DNA of 64,000 nt from a virus, in IMG/VR virus record IMGVR_UViG_3300023296_001674; one strand, given 5' to 3'. A program made the translations under genes and the position numbers. Positions within the stretch are counted from its first letter, which is position 1. Every line of letters starts with the position of its first letter. Below are positions 1-9,342 of this stretch, in pieces. Below the pieces are notes generated by a model that saw only the letters and a list, made by a program, of their open reading frames with translations, was not told the DNA's origin and made no database searches.

Positions 1-239
1 ATATTGGATAAGATAATAAATTCATTCAATGTTCTTGTTTGTGTGATATTGCAACACTTATTGCATCCAATGCTACGTATATGATCGGCTGCACGTTGTT
101 CAAATATACCATGATCGTCGCATATTATTTTTATTTTAGAATGTGAATGACTATATTCAACTAATGAATAATCATATACATCACCGTGAACGGCGATAGC
201 TTCTTGTATGAATTTAGTGGTGGTTTTTCTTCTTGACAT
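1..239 (-). CDS. Homing endonuclease, N-terminal fragment (gene continues beyond window start); Zn-ribbon-repeat / Vsr-like family
   Basis: Reverse translation from ATG at 239-237 reads MSRRKTTTKFIQEAIAVHGDVYDYSLVEYSHSHSKIKIICDDHGIFEQ... and stays open to position 1. N-terminus and leader are near-identical to the 11698-12435 gene. Confidence 0.8.
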   Translation of the reverse strand, partial: MSRRKTTTKFIQEAIAVHGDVYDYSLVEYSHSHSKIKIICDDHGIFEQRAADHIRSIGCNKCCNITQTRTLNEFIILSN

Positions 240-305
240 GTGTTATCCTTCCGGGTTATAAATACGTGTGGCGGTTGGATTACCTTCCGGTGTCCAATGT
301 GATGA
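240..305 (-). promoter_or_regulatory. Conserved homing-endonuclease 5' leader (copy 1)
   Basis: Minus-strand cacattggacaccggaaggtaatccaaccgccacacgtatttataacccggaaggataacacATG. About 90 percent identical to 12436-12500. Contains two CCGGAAGG boxes and is preceded by a hairpin. Confidence 0.5.
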
Positions 306-408
306 ATGTTCGTAGCAAACATCACGCCGTCATTTTTATTTATCATTATTTCCTTGACATATAATATCAAACTGGTATTATAATAAAAACCACATAGGAG
401 ATTTAACA

Positions 409-618
409 ATGAAAAAGTTCTGGATTATTTTTAGCACTACGTCTGACCCAAGACGATGTTCGAAACCAACACGAGAGGCGAAAAAGCATTATGATAAAGA
501 AAAAGCCTTGACTGAGTTGAACAGACTTGCTAAACAAGAACGAGGCAGAGAATTTATTTTGTTGGAATCTATTTGTTCTGCTGTTGTAACAGATGTTGCA
601 ATCACGCCGCATACCTGA
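409..618 (+). CDS. Hypothetical small protein (tandem paralog 1 of 2)
   Basis: ORF track. Promoter TTGACA 354-359 / TATTAT 376-381, RBS GGAG. Shares FWIIF...KALxELxRL pattern with the next ORF. Confidence 0.7.
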   Translation: MKKFWIIFSTTSDPRRCSKPTREAKKHYDKEKALTELNRLAKQERGREFILLESICSAVVTDVAITPHT

Positions 619-824
619 TGCAAATATTTTGGATCATATTTAACTTATCAGGCAATCCAGAACGGGAATCAAAACCCGCCTATAAGTTAAAGCAATACAC
701 CGATGAACAAAAAGCATTGGCAGAATTGGAACGCTTATCAAAGTTTTATACTGGACAAAAATATGTCCTAATGGAAACCGTTGGTTATGCCGACAAAGAT
801 GGAGTTAAAAATGCCAAAATCTAA
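618..824 (+). CDS. Hypothetical small protein (tandem paralog 2 of 2)
   Basis: ATG at 618 overlaps the TGA of the previous ORF (TGATG). MQIFWIIFNLSG... aligns with MKKFWIIFSTTS... The track ORF from 573 was trimmed. Confidence 0.7.
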   Translation: MQIFWIIFNLSGNPERESKPAYKLKQYTDEQKALAELERLSKFYTGQKYVLMETVGYADKDGVKNAKI

Positions 825-1344
825 AGGAATGATTCTACCTAACCCAAATCGTAAGGCTGGCGACTTGGTTGTATATGGCTTGATCCCCACCGATCTACCG
901 TCGTTGCGTGAACCTAATGGCGTTGGCTCTAAGGGTGGAAAATGCGCAGCGCATGGGCATCACGGGGGCGTTCAAATGCTTAAGTATGCCAATCATCCAG
1001 ACGTCCAAGCATACATCGAAGACGGTAATGCACATGGCGCGGATTACTTTAATACGTGTATCACACTTGATGCACATAGCAAACAGATTGATTCAATCAT
1101 CGAAACCGCACAGTTGTTGGGTTATGTTGCTGATAAAGTAACTGACCCAGAATATCCGTGGTTCGTTGATCGTGAGACTGCTAAGTGGATGGACACTGAT
1201 AACGTTCAGATCATTTGGGACGTCCAGAAAGGTAACACGGTTCTTGCTCTTCGTAAAGCAACGACGTTTGGTTGGTTGCTAGGCGACAAAGGTAATGATC
1301 CAATTTTTCGTGGGCTGGTTGGCGCACTTACATTAGCTGAATAG
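811..1344 (+). CDS. Hypothetical protein
   Basis: ORF track frame. Start moved to ATG 811, preceded by GGAG at 800-803. Confidence 0.65.
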   Translation: MPKSKGMILPNPNRKAGDLVVYGLIPTDLPSLREPNGVGSKGGKCAAHGHHGGVQMLKYANHPDVQAYIEDGNAHGADYFNTCITLDAHSKQIDSIIETAQLLGYVADKVTDPEYPWFVDRETAKWMDTDNVQIIWDVQKGNTVLALRKATTFGWLLGDKGNDPIFRGLVGALTLAE

Positions 1345-1356
1345 AAAGGGCACATT

Positions 1357-1569
1357 ATGACACTTAATGAATGGTCAACCATCTGCACAATCAAACAAGA
1401 GCCTTCATACCGATTCGTCGGCAATGAAGGCGTTGTTGCTCTACGCATGGAACGTAAGTGTTGGCTGCGTGTCAAAGGCGACAAGACATATACCGTAACC
1501 CCATTGGGTGAAGGAATTTACACTGAAAACAAAGACACGTGGAACGACGAAAGTCGTTTCAAACTTTGA
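1357..1569 (+). CDS. Hypothetical protein
   Basis: ORF track; 12 nt after the previous stop. Confidence 0.6.
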   Translation: MTLNEWSTICTIKQEPSYRFVGNEGVVALRMERKCWLRVKGDKTYTVTPLGEGIYTENKDTWNDESRFKL

Positions 1570-1594
1570 ATACGCATACCAGAAGGAACGAGTA

Positions 1595-1795
1595 ATGAAT
1601 AAACAATATGAAGACGTCGACTTTGATACACTTAATAACGAATTTGCGAACGAACGAATAAGTGATTTTCCAGATGGATTAATCAAAGATACGACAATAG
1701 TCGTCGATCAGTATGGATTTAAAATAAAAAACCCAACATTAGAAATCGAAGAGGATGGATTCATAACTGTATTCCCACCAATCATAAAAGAATAA
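1595..1795 (+). CDS. Hypothetical protein
   Basis: Track ORF 1508-1795 trimmed to ATG 1595, preceded by AAGGAA. Confidence 0.6.
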   Translation: MNKQYEDVDFDTLNNEFANERISDFPDGLIKDTTIVVDQYGFKIKNPTLEIEEDGFITVFPPIIKE

Positions 1796-1800
1796 AAGAA

Positions 1801-1841
1801 AACCCATAGGTCTAATTCAATAGCACCTATGGGTTTTTCTA
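1801..1841. terminator. Bidirectional rho-independent terminator
   Basis: aacccatagg (1801-1810) pairs with cctatgggtt (1827-1836), followed by a T-run and preceded by an A-run. Lies between convergent genes. Confidence 0.75.
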
Positions 1842-1852
1842 TATGGGTTCTA

Positions 1853-2503
1853 TTAGAATGTCATGCAATTTTCTATGACTCGAAGTTGAACATTTCCTAA
1901 ACTGCGATGTCTGGTTTGTTTTAGGTTGAGTTTGAATTTAATATCATCACTTTCTTCTAAGACTTTAGCAAACAGTTCGGGTTGCATTGTTAATCCAATA
2001 TACAATAACCGCATAGTGCTTAATATCTTTCTTATTGGTTTGTCGAGTACAACTATTTCCTTGCCGGTAATAAGTGCGATAAACTTATCAAGGTTCATAC
2101 AACCACGCACTGAGTTGCATTCGGAACAAGCCATAGCAAAGTTATGCTTGAAATTAGAACCACCTTTTGTCCTTGCAACAACATGTTCAACCGTGGCGCG
2201 GTTAGTGTCGTGGTGTGGAATCGCATCACCGTCGTCCAGTTTTGGATACCACATTGGGTCACCACAATAGCAGCATCTATGATTTTGTGCTTCTAATAAT
2301 TTGATATTGCGGCGGCGGAGAAATCGAGTATTTCTACCGCGTTTATTTTTACGCGTATTTTCTTTAGTTTTTTCTACGTTGCCACCATTAGCCGCATCAT
2401 TCTCGAGACGTAGCGCACGCACTTCTTCGAGAGACATGCCTTTTTCTCGCTCACGTTTGTGTTTTCGTTTTTCGGTTCGTCTGAGTTTTCCTAATGGTGT
2501 CAT
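1853..2503 (-). CDS. HNH endonuclease (probable free-standing homing endonuclease)
   Basis: CCYCGDPMW...TVEHVVARTKGG...NFAMACSECNSVRG is an HNH/Zn-finger motif. Basic N-terminus. Confidence 0.85.
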   Translation of the reverse strand: MTPLGKLRRTEKRKHKREREKGMSLEEVRALRLENDAANGGNVEKTKENTRKNKRGRNTRFLRRRNIKLLEAQNHRCCYCGDPMWYPKLDDGDAIPHHDTNRATVEHVVARTKGGSNFKHNFAMACSECNSVRGCMNLDKFIALITGKEIVVLDKPIRKILSTMRLLYIGLTMQPELFAKVLEESDDIKFKLNLKQTRHRSLGNVQLRVIENCMTF

Positions 2504-2515
2504 TACAAATCCTTT

Positions 2516-2553
2516 CAGTGGGGATAGTATAGAACCATCCCCACTGATGTCAA
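2516..2553 (-). promoter_or_regulatory. Sigma70-type promoter embedded in a palindrome (stem-loop promoter) for the HNH gene
   Basis: Minus strand: TTGACA (2553-2548), 16-nt spacer, TATACT (2531-2526). Arms cagtgggga (2516-2524) and tccccactg (2538-2546) flank the -10. Confidence 0.6.
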
Positions 2554-2556
2554 GGG

Positions 2557-3096
2557 TTATCGCATTTGTTTATGAATCAGTGAACCACCGTTTGGCTTAC
2601 GCTTACACTTAGGGTGATATCGATTTTCTGCGTTTGCAAGTTTACGCTGTCTTGGTATCACTGTGCCACAATCTTTGCATGTATATGTATGCTTTGCGAC
2701 TTTCTTGCGTATTTCGTTAAGAATGGTAGATGAACCACATCGTTTAACGTTCGTTATTCCAAGATCAAACATTATTACACGCCATTCTCTACCATGTGCA
2801 GCAATCTTTCTGCCATTGATATAAGAACCAAATCGTTCTTTGACGAGTATGTGTGCTGTTTCATGTAGCAGTGTGTTAATAAAATCATCCATTTCTTCTG
2901 GTTTCACTGCACCATGCAAATAATATTCGCTGGTTACTTCGACCAGTTTCTTGGAATACTTACAGCAACCAAAGCGATTCTTTGCACGCCAATTGATTGC
3001 GAATTTCCATTGTTCTAATGCATCAAAATCATCACCAGCCGCGTTTCTAACACGATCTAATAAATCGAATTTTTCAAGATATGTAAGAAGTTTCAT
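2557..3096 (-). CDS. SprT-like zinc metalloprotease-domain protein
   Basis: HETAH (HExxH) in LLHETAHILVKERFG, plus C-terminal CxxC...CKRK zinc-ribbon-like tail. Confidence 0.75.
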   Translation of the reverse strand: MKLLTYLEKFDLLDRVRNAAGDDFDALEQWKFAINWRAKNRFGCCKYSKKLVEVTSEYYLHGAVKPEEMDDFINTLLHETAHILVKERFGSYINGRKIAAHGREWRVIMFDLGITNVKRCGSSTILNEIRKKVAKHTYTCKDCGTVIPRQRKLANAENRYHPKCKRKPNGGSLIHKQMR

Positions 3097-3222
3097 GGTA
3101 GTTCCTTCCGTTTCAATAAGTGCATTAGATACTATAGTGTATATGATGTCAACACTTTATTTTCACTTGACACCATTGTGCAATCGTGTATAGTGATAAT
3201 CCAAACAACGAAAGGAACCGTT

Positions 3223-3414
3223 ATGTTATCAGAAGAAGAAAAACGTTTTATTGCATTTTGTGCCGAACTTGGCAAACTTTCCGTGAAACATGGCGTTACC
3301 ATTTATTCATGTGGTGGTGTTACTATTCACGACGTGCCATTATTAGAAGTGCTTTACATCGACGATGTATCAAGTGGTGATTTGGATTCAGTTATTGTAG
3401 AAAAGGAAATATAA
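3223..3414 (+). CDS. Hypothetical protein
   Basis: Track ORF trimmed to ATG 3223 after AAAGGAA. Promoter TTGACA 3165-3170 / TATAGT. Confidence 0.65.
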   Translation: MLSEEEKRFIAFCAELGKLSVKHGVTIYSCGGVTIHDVPLLEVLYIDDVSSGDLDSVIVEKEI

Positions 3415-3800
3415 TGCCAACACTAAACATATGGGAATTACCGGACAACACTGAAGTTGTTTATATCGACGTTGAAGGAAATCGTGTAACTGGTCGATTG
3501 GTAGAGAATTATGGTTCATATTTTGAATTCGTGCCAAAAGACGAAGATGCAAGTATGATGATTATGCATGACGTGGTTGATACCGTTGTTAAAGTCAGCG
3601 CAATAAAAACGGTTTCATTTGATTTTATCATGGATTCGTTTGTGTCTATACAGGCACCCGAAGGCACTGATCCTGATACATTGATTGAAAAAGCGATGAT
3701 TGCGTTTCATGATTTATTGGCTGCGAATCAAGCCGATGTCATATTTGATTCAACCATTCCAACATCTGAAAACACCGACCCATATGGAAACAAGTTATGA
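3414..3800 (+). CDS. Hypothetical protein
   Basis: ORF track; start overlaps the previous stop (TAATG). Confidence 0.7.
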   Translation: MPTLNIWELPDNTEVVYIDVEGNRVTGRLVENYGSYFEFVPKDEDASMMIMHDVVDTVVKVSAIKTVSFDFIMDSFVSIQAPEGTDPDTLIEKAMIAFHDLLAANQADVIFDSTIPTSENTDPYGNKL

Positions 3801-4150
3801 AAATATTTGAACCCATCGAACAATTATTTGATGAAATGGAAGAGACCGGCATTAATATTGCACGCGCCGCAATAAGTGTCGAACTGAAAGCATTGAATGA
3901 AATGTTTCCGCGTCATACGTTCATGTATGAAGGACGACAATGTTTGGATTATGTCAAGGTTTCGCCGCCGTTGCTTGGTGAAGAAAAACTTGTACCTTGG
4001 ACATTTTCTGGTCCTAATTATTGGGATGGCAGGGCGAGTCAATTCCCCGCAATACAAAACATGGTGGAACACTTACAGCGGATTAATGATATCCATACCG
4101 AGTTGACTGTAATTACCCGCCGCAATACTGGTGTAGAAGAAGTTTTCTAA
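3797..4150 (+). CDS. Hypothetical protein
   Basis: ORF track; ATGA overlap with the previous gene. Confidence 0.7.
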   Translation: MKIFEPIEQLFDEMEETGINIARAAISVELKALNEMFPRHTFMYEGRQCLDYVKVSPPLLGEEKLVPWTFSGPNYWDGRASQFPAIQNMVEHLQRINDIHTELTVITRRNTGVEEVF

Positions 4151-4159
4151 ACAAAGGGG

Positions 4160-4206
4160 TTGACATAGCCCCTTGACTTCCCTACTATACTGGTAGGGAG
4201 GGATGA
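4160..4206 (+). promoter_or_regulatory. AGGGAGGGATGA-class promoter, copy A
   Basis: -35 TTGACA 4160-4165, 17-nt spacer, -10 TACTAT 4183-4188, 6 nt, 12-mer AGGGAGGGATGA 4195-4206. Confidence 0.6.
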
Positions 4207-4325
4207 GGTTTATTTGGCTGCGAAAAATAACTGCACCAAAATGAAATAAAGTATTGACACCTTCTATCCAACCTGTATAATACCCACAGATTGAACGAAA
4301 CGACTTACCCCGAAGGAACGAACAA

Positions 4326-4664
4326 ATGGCTGATTCAAATTTTGTAGCGAAGCGAGTAGATGCCGGTGTCCCAATATGGACAATATTTGCTTACGGTAGG
4401 GACATTGGTTCTGCTACGGTTTTCGATTGGGAAGACGAAGGCCCAATGGCAACTGTTCGTTATGGGTATGATGATTTACCAGTTACGTTTTCGGGTTCTT
4501 CTATACGCGATGTATTGGCTAAGGTTGGCGCATTTTTGCGCACCATTGATTCTGATATGGAAGGCGAAGCCGCCGCCGAGTATTATAGCGAAGTTACAGG
4601 ACCAATGGAAGCGGCGGAGCGTTTAGCAGAACGCGGGTATCGGGATGATGACCCTATTTGGTAA
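4326..4664 (+). CDS. Hypothetical protein
   Basis: ORF track. Promoter TTGACA 4254-4259 / TATAAT 4276-4281, RBS GAAGGAA. Confidence 0.7.
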   Translation: MADSNFVAKRVDAGVPIWTIFAYGRDIGSATVFDWEDEGPMATVRYGYDDLPVTFSGSSIRDVLAKVGAFLRTIDSDMEGEAAAEYYSEVTGPMEAAERLAERGYRDDDPIW

Positions 4665-4727
4665 TAGGGGTTGACATTAGGAATTGGGTGGTCTATAACG
4701 CCCTGAACTTAACAAAGGAACAAACAA

Positions 4728-4952
4728 ATGTATAGCGTATATGATAGTTCGAGAGACCCGCGCATGGTAATACCCGAAGTTATGGCACGGACTGTATTCG
4801 ATAGTATTATCGGCGAGTGGAAAATTGCCAAGTTAAAGGGTGGCGAAACTGAACGACGGTTTAAAGTTAAAGAATCGGCGCAATTCGTATTCGATAAACT
4901 TGGCGGTTTTACTATTTGTTTTATTGAAGGCGACTTAATAATTAAGGGTTGA
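4728..4952 (+). CDS. Hypothetical protein
   Basis: ORF track. Promoter TTGACA 4671-4676 / TATAAC 4694-4699, RBS AAAGGAA. Confidence 0.7.
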   Translation: MYSVYDSSRDPRMVIPEVMARTVFDSIIGEWKIAKLKGGETERRFKVKESAQFVFDKLGGFTICFIEGDLIIKG

Positions 4953-5002
4953 CTCGCCCAATCCAATAGGCTATACAATAGGTCAACCAACGGAGAGAGA
5001 TT

Positions 5003-6511
5003 ATGCAAATACCAGAAATCACACTTTCAACGCAGCAAGTTAATATTCTTGATTGGGTTAAATCAGGAAAAGGTAATGTCATTATCGAAGCTGTAGCTGG
5101 CAGTGGTAAGACCTTCACATTGGTTGAAGCCGTTAAGTTGATGGTAGGCACTGTATTCCTTGGTGCTTATAACTCTGCTATGGGTTATGAGTTGAAGGAA
5201 AAAACCAAGGGCATGAAAAATGTTCGGGCTGGCACGTTCCATAGTGCAGGCTTTGGCGCACTTCAATATCGTTACGGAAAAATGCAAGTTGATGCTAACA
5301 AAGTGCGAGATATCGTTAATGGTATGGCGGAGGGCGACGACTTGTTTGCTGTATACGGCAACTTCATTAACAAGATGGTAGCACTTGCCAAGGATTCCGG
5401 CATTGGGTTCTTTAATAAAATTAACGACCCTATCATGTGGAATGAACTTGTTGATAAGCACGACCTTATGGATCAACTCGACGAACACTTAACAGTTGAT
5501 GTTGGTATTCAGTTATCAATGGACGTCTTAAAGGCATCTAACTCTAATCTTAAAGTTATTGATTTTAGTGATATGATTTATCTTGTATTGTTAAACAACC
5601 TCCGCCTTTTCCAACAAGATTGGGTTTTGGTTGACGAAGCCCAAGATACCAATAGCACGCGACGCGCACTGGCAAAGAAAATGTTAAAACCCGGTGGGCG
5701 TTTGATCGCGGTTGGTGATCCTCGCCAAGCAATCTTTGGCTTCACTGGTGCTGATTCCGATGCGCTGGACTTGATCTCCAAGGACTTCGGTACAACGACG
5801 CTTCCTTTGACTAGCACGTTCCGTTGCCCTAAATCGGTTGTTAAACACGCCCAACAATGGGTATCACACATTGAAGCGTATGATACTAATATCGAAGGCG
5901 AAGTTATCAACGCTAAATTCGACGACGTGTTCGGTGAAAAATCCGAATATAAGTTTACCGGTTCCGATGCAATCATTTGCCGCCTTAACGCGCCTATCGT
6001 TGAACTTGCATTCAAGTTGATTCGTAAGGGTGTTCCTTGCCGCATTGAAGGTAGAGATATCGGCACACAACTTGCAGCACTTGCAAACAAGTGGAAAGTA
6101 GTCCGCCTTGACGCCTTACGCAATCGCCTTGAGAAGTATAAGGAACGTGAAGTATCTAAGGCTATGGCAAAAGGGCAAGAACAGAAAGCCGGTAGCATTA
6201 CTGACCGCGTGGGCTGCCTTAATGTTCTTATCGAACGCGCCGAAGAAAAGAAACTTGACGTTGCTGGTTTGATTGTAATGATCAAGGGCATGTTTTCAGA
6301 CGCCCAAGATAAAACCACAAATAAGAACATTTTGGTTTTATCATCCGTTCATAAATCAAAAGGTAAAGAATGGCCTAGAGTGTTCTTGTTAGGACGCCAA
6401 GAAAATATGCCAAGTCCTTTTGCTAGACAGACATGGCAACTTTTACAAGAGGATAACCTTATCTACGTTGCTGTAACGAGGGCGATGGAAACGTTAATCG
6501 AAGTGGATTAA
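5003..6511 (+). CDS. UvrD/Rep-type superfamily 1 DNA helicase
   Basis: Walker A AVAGSGKT, VLVDEAQD, VGDPRQAIFGFTGA, SVHKSKGKEW, IYVAVTRA. Promoter TTGACT 4949-4954 / TATACA. Confidence 0.9.
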   Translation: MQIPEITLSTQQVNILDWVKSGKGNVIIEAVAGSGKTFTLVEAVKLMVGTVFLGAYNSAMGYELKEKTKGMKNVRAGTFHSAGFGALQYRYGKMQVDANKVRDIVNGMAEGDDLFAVYGNFINKMVALAKDSGIGFFNKINDPIMWNELVDKHDLMDQLDEHLTVDVGIQLSMDVLKASNSNLKVIDFSDMIYLVLLNNLRLFQQDWVLVDEAQDTNSTRRALAKKMLKPGGRLIAVGDPRQAIFGFTGADSDALDLISKDFGTTTLPLTSTFRCPKSVVKHAQQWVSHIEAYDTNIEGEVINAKFDDVFGEKSEYKFTGSDAIICRLNAPIVELAFKLIRKGVPCRIEGRDIGTQLAALANKWKVVRLDALRNRLEKYKEREVSKAMAKGQEQKAGSITDRVGCLNVLIERAEEKKLDVAGLIVMIKGMFSDAQDKTTNKNILVLSSVHKSKGKEWPRVFLLGRQENMPSPFARQTWQLLQEDNLIYVAVTRAMETLIEVD

Positions 6512-6536
6512 CTATGGTTTTTTGATAAATACTTAT

Positions 6537-7271
6537 ATGGTAAAACGCAAAACAACAGAACAGTTTATACAAGAATCGACTGCAATTCATGGTGATGTAT
6601 ATGATTATTCATTGACCAATTATATCAATAGACGTACCAAAGTAAAAATAATATGCACCGTTCATGGTATATATGAACAAACTGCGGGAAATCATTTATA
6701 TCAAAAACAAGGTTGCTCAAAATGTGCCGGTGATAAACAGGCATCGAGACAGCGAAAATCACTATCACAGTTTATTCAAGAGGCAACAATAGTTCACGAT
6801 TCTTTATATGATTATTCGTTGGTGGATTACAATCATACTGATATAAAAGTAAAAATAATATGCCCAACGCATGATATATTTAAGCAAACGCCGCATGATC
6901 ATTTACATGGAAAAGGTTGCCCTAAATGCGTTCATACTATATCAAAAGGTGAAACTAACTGGCTTAATCGCATTGGTTTACCAGACGATACACAACATAG
7001 ACAAGTGCGCTTGCCTATGAATAATAATAAAAATCGAAGGGTTGATGGTTATGATCCATTAACCAATACTGTTTATGAATTTCATGGTGATTACTGGCAT
7101 GGCAACCCCGCACGTTTTAATCTCGATGATATAAACCCAACCATTAAAAAACCATACAGACAACTCTATGAAGCCACCTTAACCAAGGAAGTGCTTATCA
7201 AAGATTCCGGTTATAATCTTGTAGTTATGTGGGAGCATGATTGGAAAGCTCATCCCTCCCTAACAGTATAA
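6537..7271 (+). CDS. Homing endonuclease, two Zn-ribbon repeats plus Vsr/PD-(D/E)XK-like nuclease domain
   Basis: MVKRKTTEQFIQESTAIHGDVYDYSL...KVKIICTVHG...CSKC repeated twice, then DGYDPLTNTVYEFHGDYWHGNP. Paralog of 11698-12435. Starts 26 nt after the helicase stop with no promoter of its own. Confidence 0.8.
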   Translation: MVKRKTTEQFIQESTAIHGDVYDYSLTNYINRRTKVKIICTVHGIYEQTAGNHLYQKQGCSKCAGDKQASRQRKSLSQFIQEATIVHDSLYDYSLVDYNHTDIKVKIICPTHDIFKQTPHDHLHGKGCPKCVHTISKGETNWLNRIGLPDDTQHRQVRLPMNNNKNRRVDGYDPLTNTVYEFHGDYWHGNPARFNLDDINPTIKKPYRQLYEATLTKEVLIKDSGYNLVVMWEHDWKAHPSLTV

Positions 7272-7296
7272 TATTAAATTACTCGTAAAAAAGCAA
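7250..7296 (-). promoter_or_regulatory. AGGGAGGGATGA-class promoter, copy B (overlaps the 3' end of the homing endonuclease ORF)
   Basis: Minus strand: TTGCTT (7296-7291), 17 nt, TATTAT (7273-7268), 6 nt, 12-mer at 7261-7250. Confidence 0.45.
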
Positions 7297-7404
7297 TGAT
7301 TATTTTTATAATATGACGTAAATTACTTGTTGACATTGGTTCAGTTAGTTTGTAATATCTTTTTATCAGAACATCATACATTCACAAATGAAAGATTGAA
7401 AATA

Positions 7405-7824
7405 ATGCCAACATATCGAAAAAGAATACTCATATCAGAATTCGCTGAACCAGAAATATTTTTTGAATATAAAGGTGTGAAAATATATCATACTTATACA
7501 GACAATGCTGAAACACTTTCATCATTGAATTTTGACCGTGATTGTAAAAGCAAGCGGTTGTTTACCACGAACAAAAAATGCGGCATGGTTCCCATGTTTG
7601 ATGTTTATTTTGAAAACGATCTTCGTGTATGGGACAAACAATCAAAAAATGAAACCCGTGGGGTGTTTAACATTCAAAACATTCCAAATCCTAAAGGGCA
7701 TCATATTACGACTCATGCTGGTATTTCAAGAGTTCTTATGGAAGCAATTGACACCGGTTGGATTAAAACTAATAAAACACCAGAGTGTATTCACGATTGT
7801 CATATACTCGCACATCCAAAATAA
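7405..7824 (+). CDS. Hypothetical protein
   Basis: Track ORF trimmed to ATG 7405, downstream of promoter TTGACA 7330-7335 / TAATAT 7353-7358. Confidence 0.65.
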   Translation: MPTYRKRILISEFAEPEIFFEYKGVKIYHTYTDNAETLSSLNFDRDCKSKRLFTTNKKCGMVPMFDVYFENDLRVWDKQSKNETRGVFNIQNIPNPKGHHITTHAGISRVLMEAIDTGWIKTNKTPECIHDCHILAHPK

Positions 7825-7913
7825 TCACATCAAGGGGAGAAGTAAAACCTTTTCCCCTTGACTAACTTTAATAAGTGTGCTATGAATATATCATAATTGA
7901 AAAGGATACGAAA

Positions 7914-8138
7914 ATGCATAACGCAGATGTTCTACATAATGCCTTACTTACCGCAACGATGATGATGCGTAAAGGTCGTGCGTTTAAGATTGTTAGATAT
8001 TCACCCAAACAAGAAACGGTTTATTATAGACCATTTTTCGCCAACGACCTGACTGACATACGCACTGACGAGTTGGATCACTTGTGCGACGATGATTCGA
8101 TTCAGTTATTCACCACAACGCAACTCGAAACACAATAA
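7914..8138 (+). CDS. Hypothetical protein
   Basis: Track ORF trimmed to ATG 7914 after AAAGGA. Promoter TTGACT 7857-7862. Confidence 0.65.
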   Translation: MHNADVLHNALLTATMMMRKGRAFKIVRYSPKQETVYYRPFFANDLTDIRTDELDHLCDDDSIQLFTTTQLETQ

Positions 8139-8147
8139 GGAAAACCG

Positions 8148-8345
8148 ATGCAAACTTATACCACCCCACGCTTAACGAACATAAGTGATACATTTCGCGC
8201 CGACGTTGCTGCGGGTGAATTAACTACATGGTGTGAAGAAAACAGTGTAGGTGCTTGGTTCATCCACGCCGTTGATCATGTGGAGTTTGAATTCCCCACA
8301 GATGCCAAACAATTTATGATGAAGTTTTGGGAGCTAGACTCCTAA
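8148..8345 (+). CDS. Hypothetical protein
   Basis: ORF track; RBS AAGGAAAA; followed by a terminator. Confidence 0.7.
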   Translation: MQTYTTPRLTNISDTFRADVAAGELTTWCEENSVGAWFIHAVDHVEFEFPTDAKQFMMKFWELDS

Positions 8346-8439
8346 AAATCCCCCCGCATGTTCCTACGCAAGTAATGAAGACACTCCATGCGGGGGTTCT
8401 TTTTGTTTTGGCGCACCCAAAAAAAGCTCATCCCTCCCT
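8344..8439 (-). ncRNA. Predicted ~96-nt RNA from copy C, ending at the shared terminator. Carries micro-ORF MSFFWVRQNKKNPRMECLHYLRRNMRGDF.
   Basis: Predicted +1 at A 8439. Hairpin 8396-8350 followed by a U-run on the minus strand. Confidence 0.35.
8350..8405. terminator. Bidirectional rho-independent terminator
   Basis: ccccccgcatg (8350-8360) pairs with catgcggggg (8388-8396). T-run after, A-run before. Confidence 0.75.
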
Positions 8440-8473
8440 ATCAGCATAATAGCAGGGTCAATAGATAAGTCAA
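8428..8473 (-). promoter_or_regulatory. AGGGAGGGATGA-class promoter, copy C
   Basis: Minus strand: TTGACT (8473-8468), 16 nt, TATTAT (8451-8446), 6 nt, 12-mer 8439-8428. Confidence 0.6.
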
Positions 8474-8550
8474 CCATTATTATTAAAAATAAACCATTGA
8501 CAACGGCTTTTGTATTTTATATAATATATAGATTGAAAAGGAGAATTGAA

Positions 8551-8958
8551 ATGTCGCGCACTTATCGTAAGCTTCCTTATTGGTCAAATGATCCAAAATT
8601 AACACGTGAGCGAGGCTCCAAATGGACTGGCATGCGTGTTTTTGTTGCTCCTAATGGAAATGTATTCGGTTGGGATGATGAAGCCCTACGTAAAAAATCA
8701 TCTAAACGTCGCACCAATCGCATTCGCCGTTTGATGGGCAAGAAAGAAATTGTTCTTGCCGTTGCTGCTATGGCAGAAGACGCAATGGAAGACCTCAACG
8801 AAATGATGGATTGGGAAGCCGAAGAGTATTGCGATACATATTACGACGAGTATGAATTGTCTGAATGGGCTGATTGGAAACAGCGTGAAATTGATGATCA
8901 AGCAATTGAAGAATATTATTTAAATGAAGACCCATATTATTACGATTTTGATTATTAA
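8551..8958 (+). CDS. Hypothetical protein with basic N-terminus and acidic C-terminus
   Basis: Track ORF trimmed to ATG 8551 after AAAGGAG. Promoter TTGACA ~8499 / TATAAT. Confidence 0.65.
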   Translation: MSRTYRKLPYWSNDPKLTRERGSKWTGMRVFVAPNGNVFGWDDEALRKKSSKRRTNRIRRLMGKKEIVLAVAAMAEDAMEDLNEMMDWEAEEYCDTYYDEYELSEWADWKQREIDDQAIEEYYLNEDPYYYDFDY

Positions 8959-9000
8959 GGGTTGACATCACTATTTGATTTCGTTATGATTCATCCAAGC

Positions 9001-9034
9001 TAACAACACAACATAAATCTTGAAAGGATTTAAC
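9001..9034 (+). repeat. 34-bp identical 5'-UTR repeat, copy 1
   Basis: taacaacacaacataaatcttgaaaggatttaac, identical to 9308-9341. Immediately precedes the ATG of 9036. Confidence 0.85.
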
Positions 9035-9035
9035 T

Positions 9036-9293
9036 ATGGCTAATAAATTCACAATCACACGCACTTATGATCGCGATGAAATTATTGACACAGTTAATAA
9101 ATCCATTGAACAAAACGGAACATATCATCAAATCAAATCGTTGCTTGATACTTTATATACTGGATGGTTTTTTGATATAGAAACGGCTTGCGAAGTTGAA
9201 TTGATTTTACGCGAAAAGGGCGATTTTATTCGCGAGTTTTATCAAGAACGGCTAGACGAAATGAATGCTGCCAAGAAATTTGACTTGGTATAA
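9036..9293 (+). CDS. Hypothetical protein
   Basis: ORF track. Promoter TTGACA 8962-8967 / TATGAT 8985-8990. Confidence 0.7.
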   Translation: MANKFTITRTYDRDEIIDTVNKSIEQNGTYHQIKSLLDTLYTGWFFDIETACEVELILREKGDFIREFYQERLDEMNAAKKFDLV

Positions 9294-9307
9294 CTATTCA
9301 CTTAAGA

Positions 9308-9341
9308 TAACAACACAACATAAATCTTGAAAGGATTTAAC
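9308..9341 (+). repeat. 34-bp identical 5'-UTR repeat, copy 2
   Basis: Identical to 9001-9034. Promoter TTGACT 9279-9284 / TAAGAT 9302-9307 lies inside the end of the previous gene. Confidence 0.85.
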
Positions 9342-9342
9342 A

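Noticed and set aside
4195-4211. G-quadruplex formation by GGTAGGGAGGGATGAGG
   Set aside because: Four G-runs are present only in copy A. Other copies have just two GGG runs, so a G4 cannot explain conservation of the 12-mer.
5578-6330. 250-aa minus-strand ORF inside the helicase gene. Similar long antisense ORFs lie at 31484-32092, 37568-38011, 38018-38344, 49527-50075 and 54389-54808.
   Set aside because: They are antisense to genes with clear family motifs or repeats, have low-complexity composition, and lack promoters or RBS.
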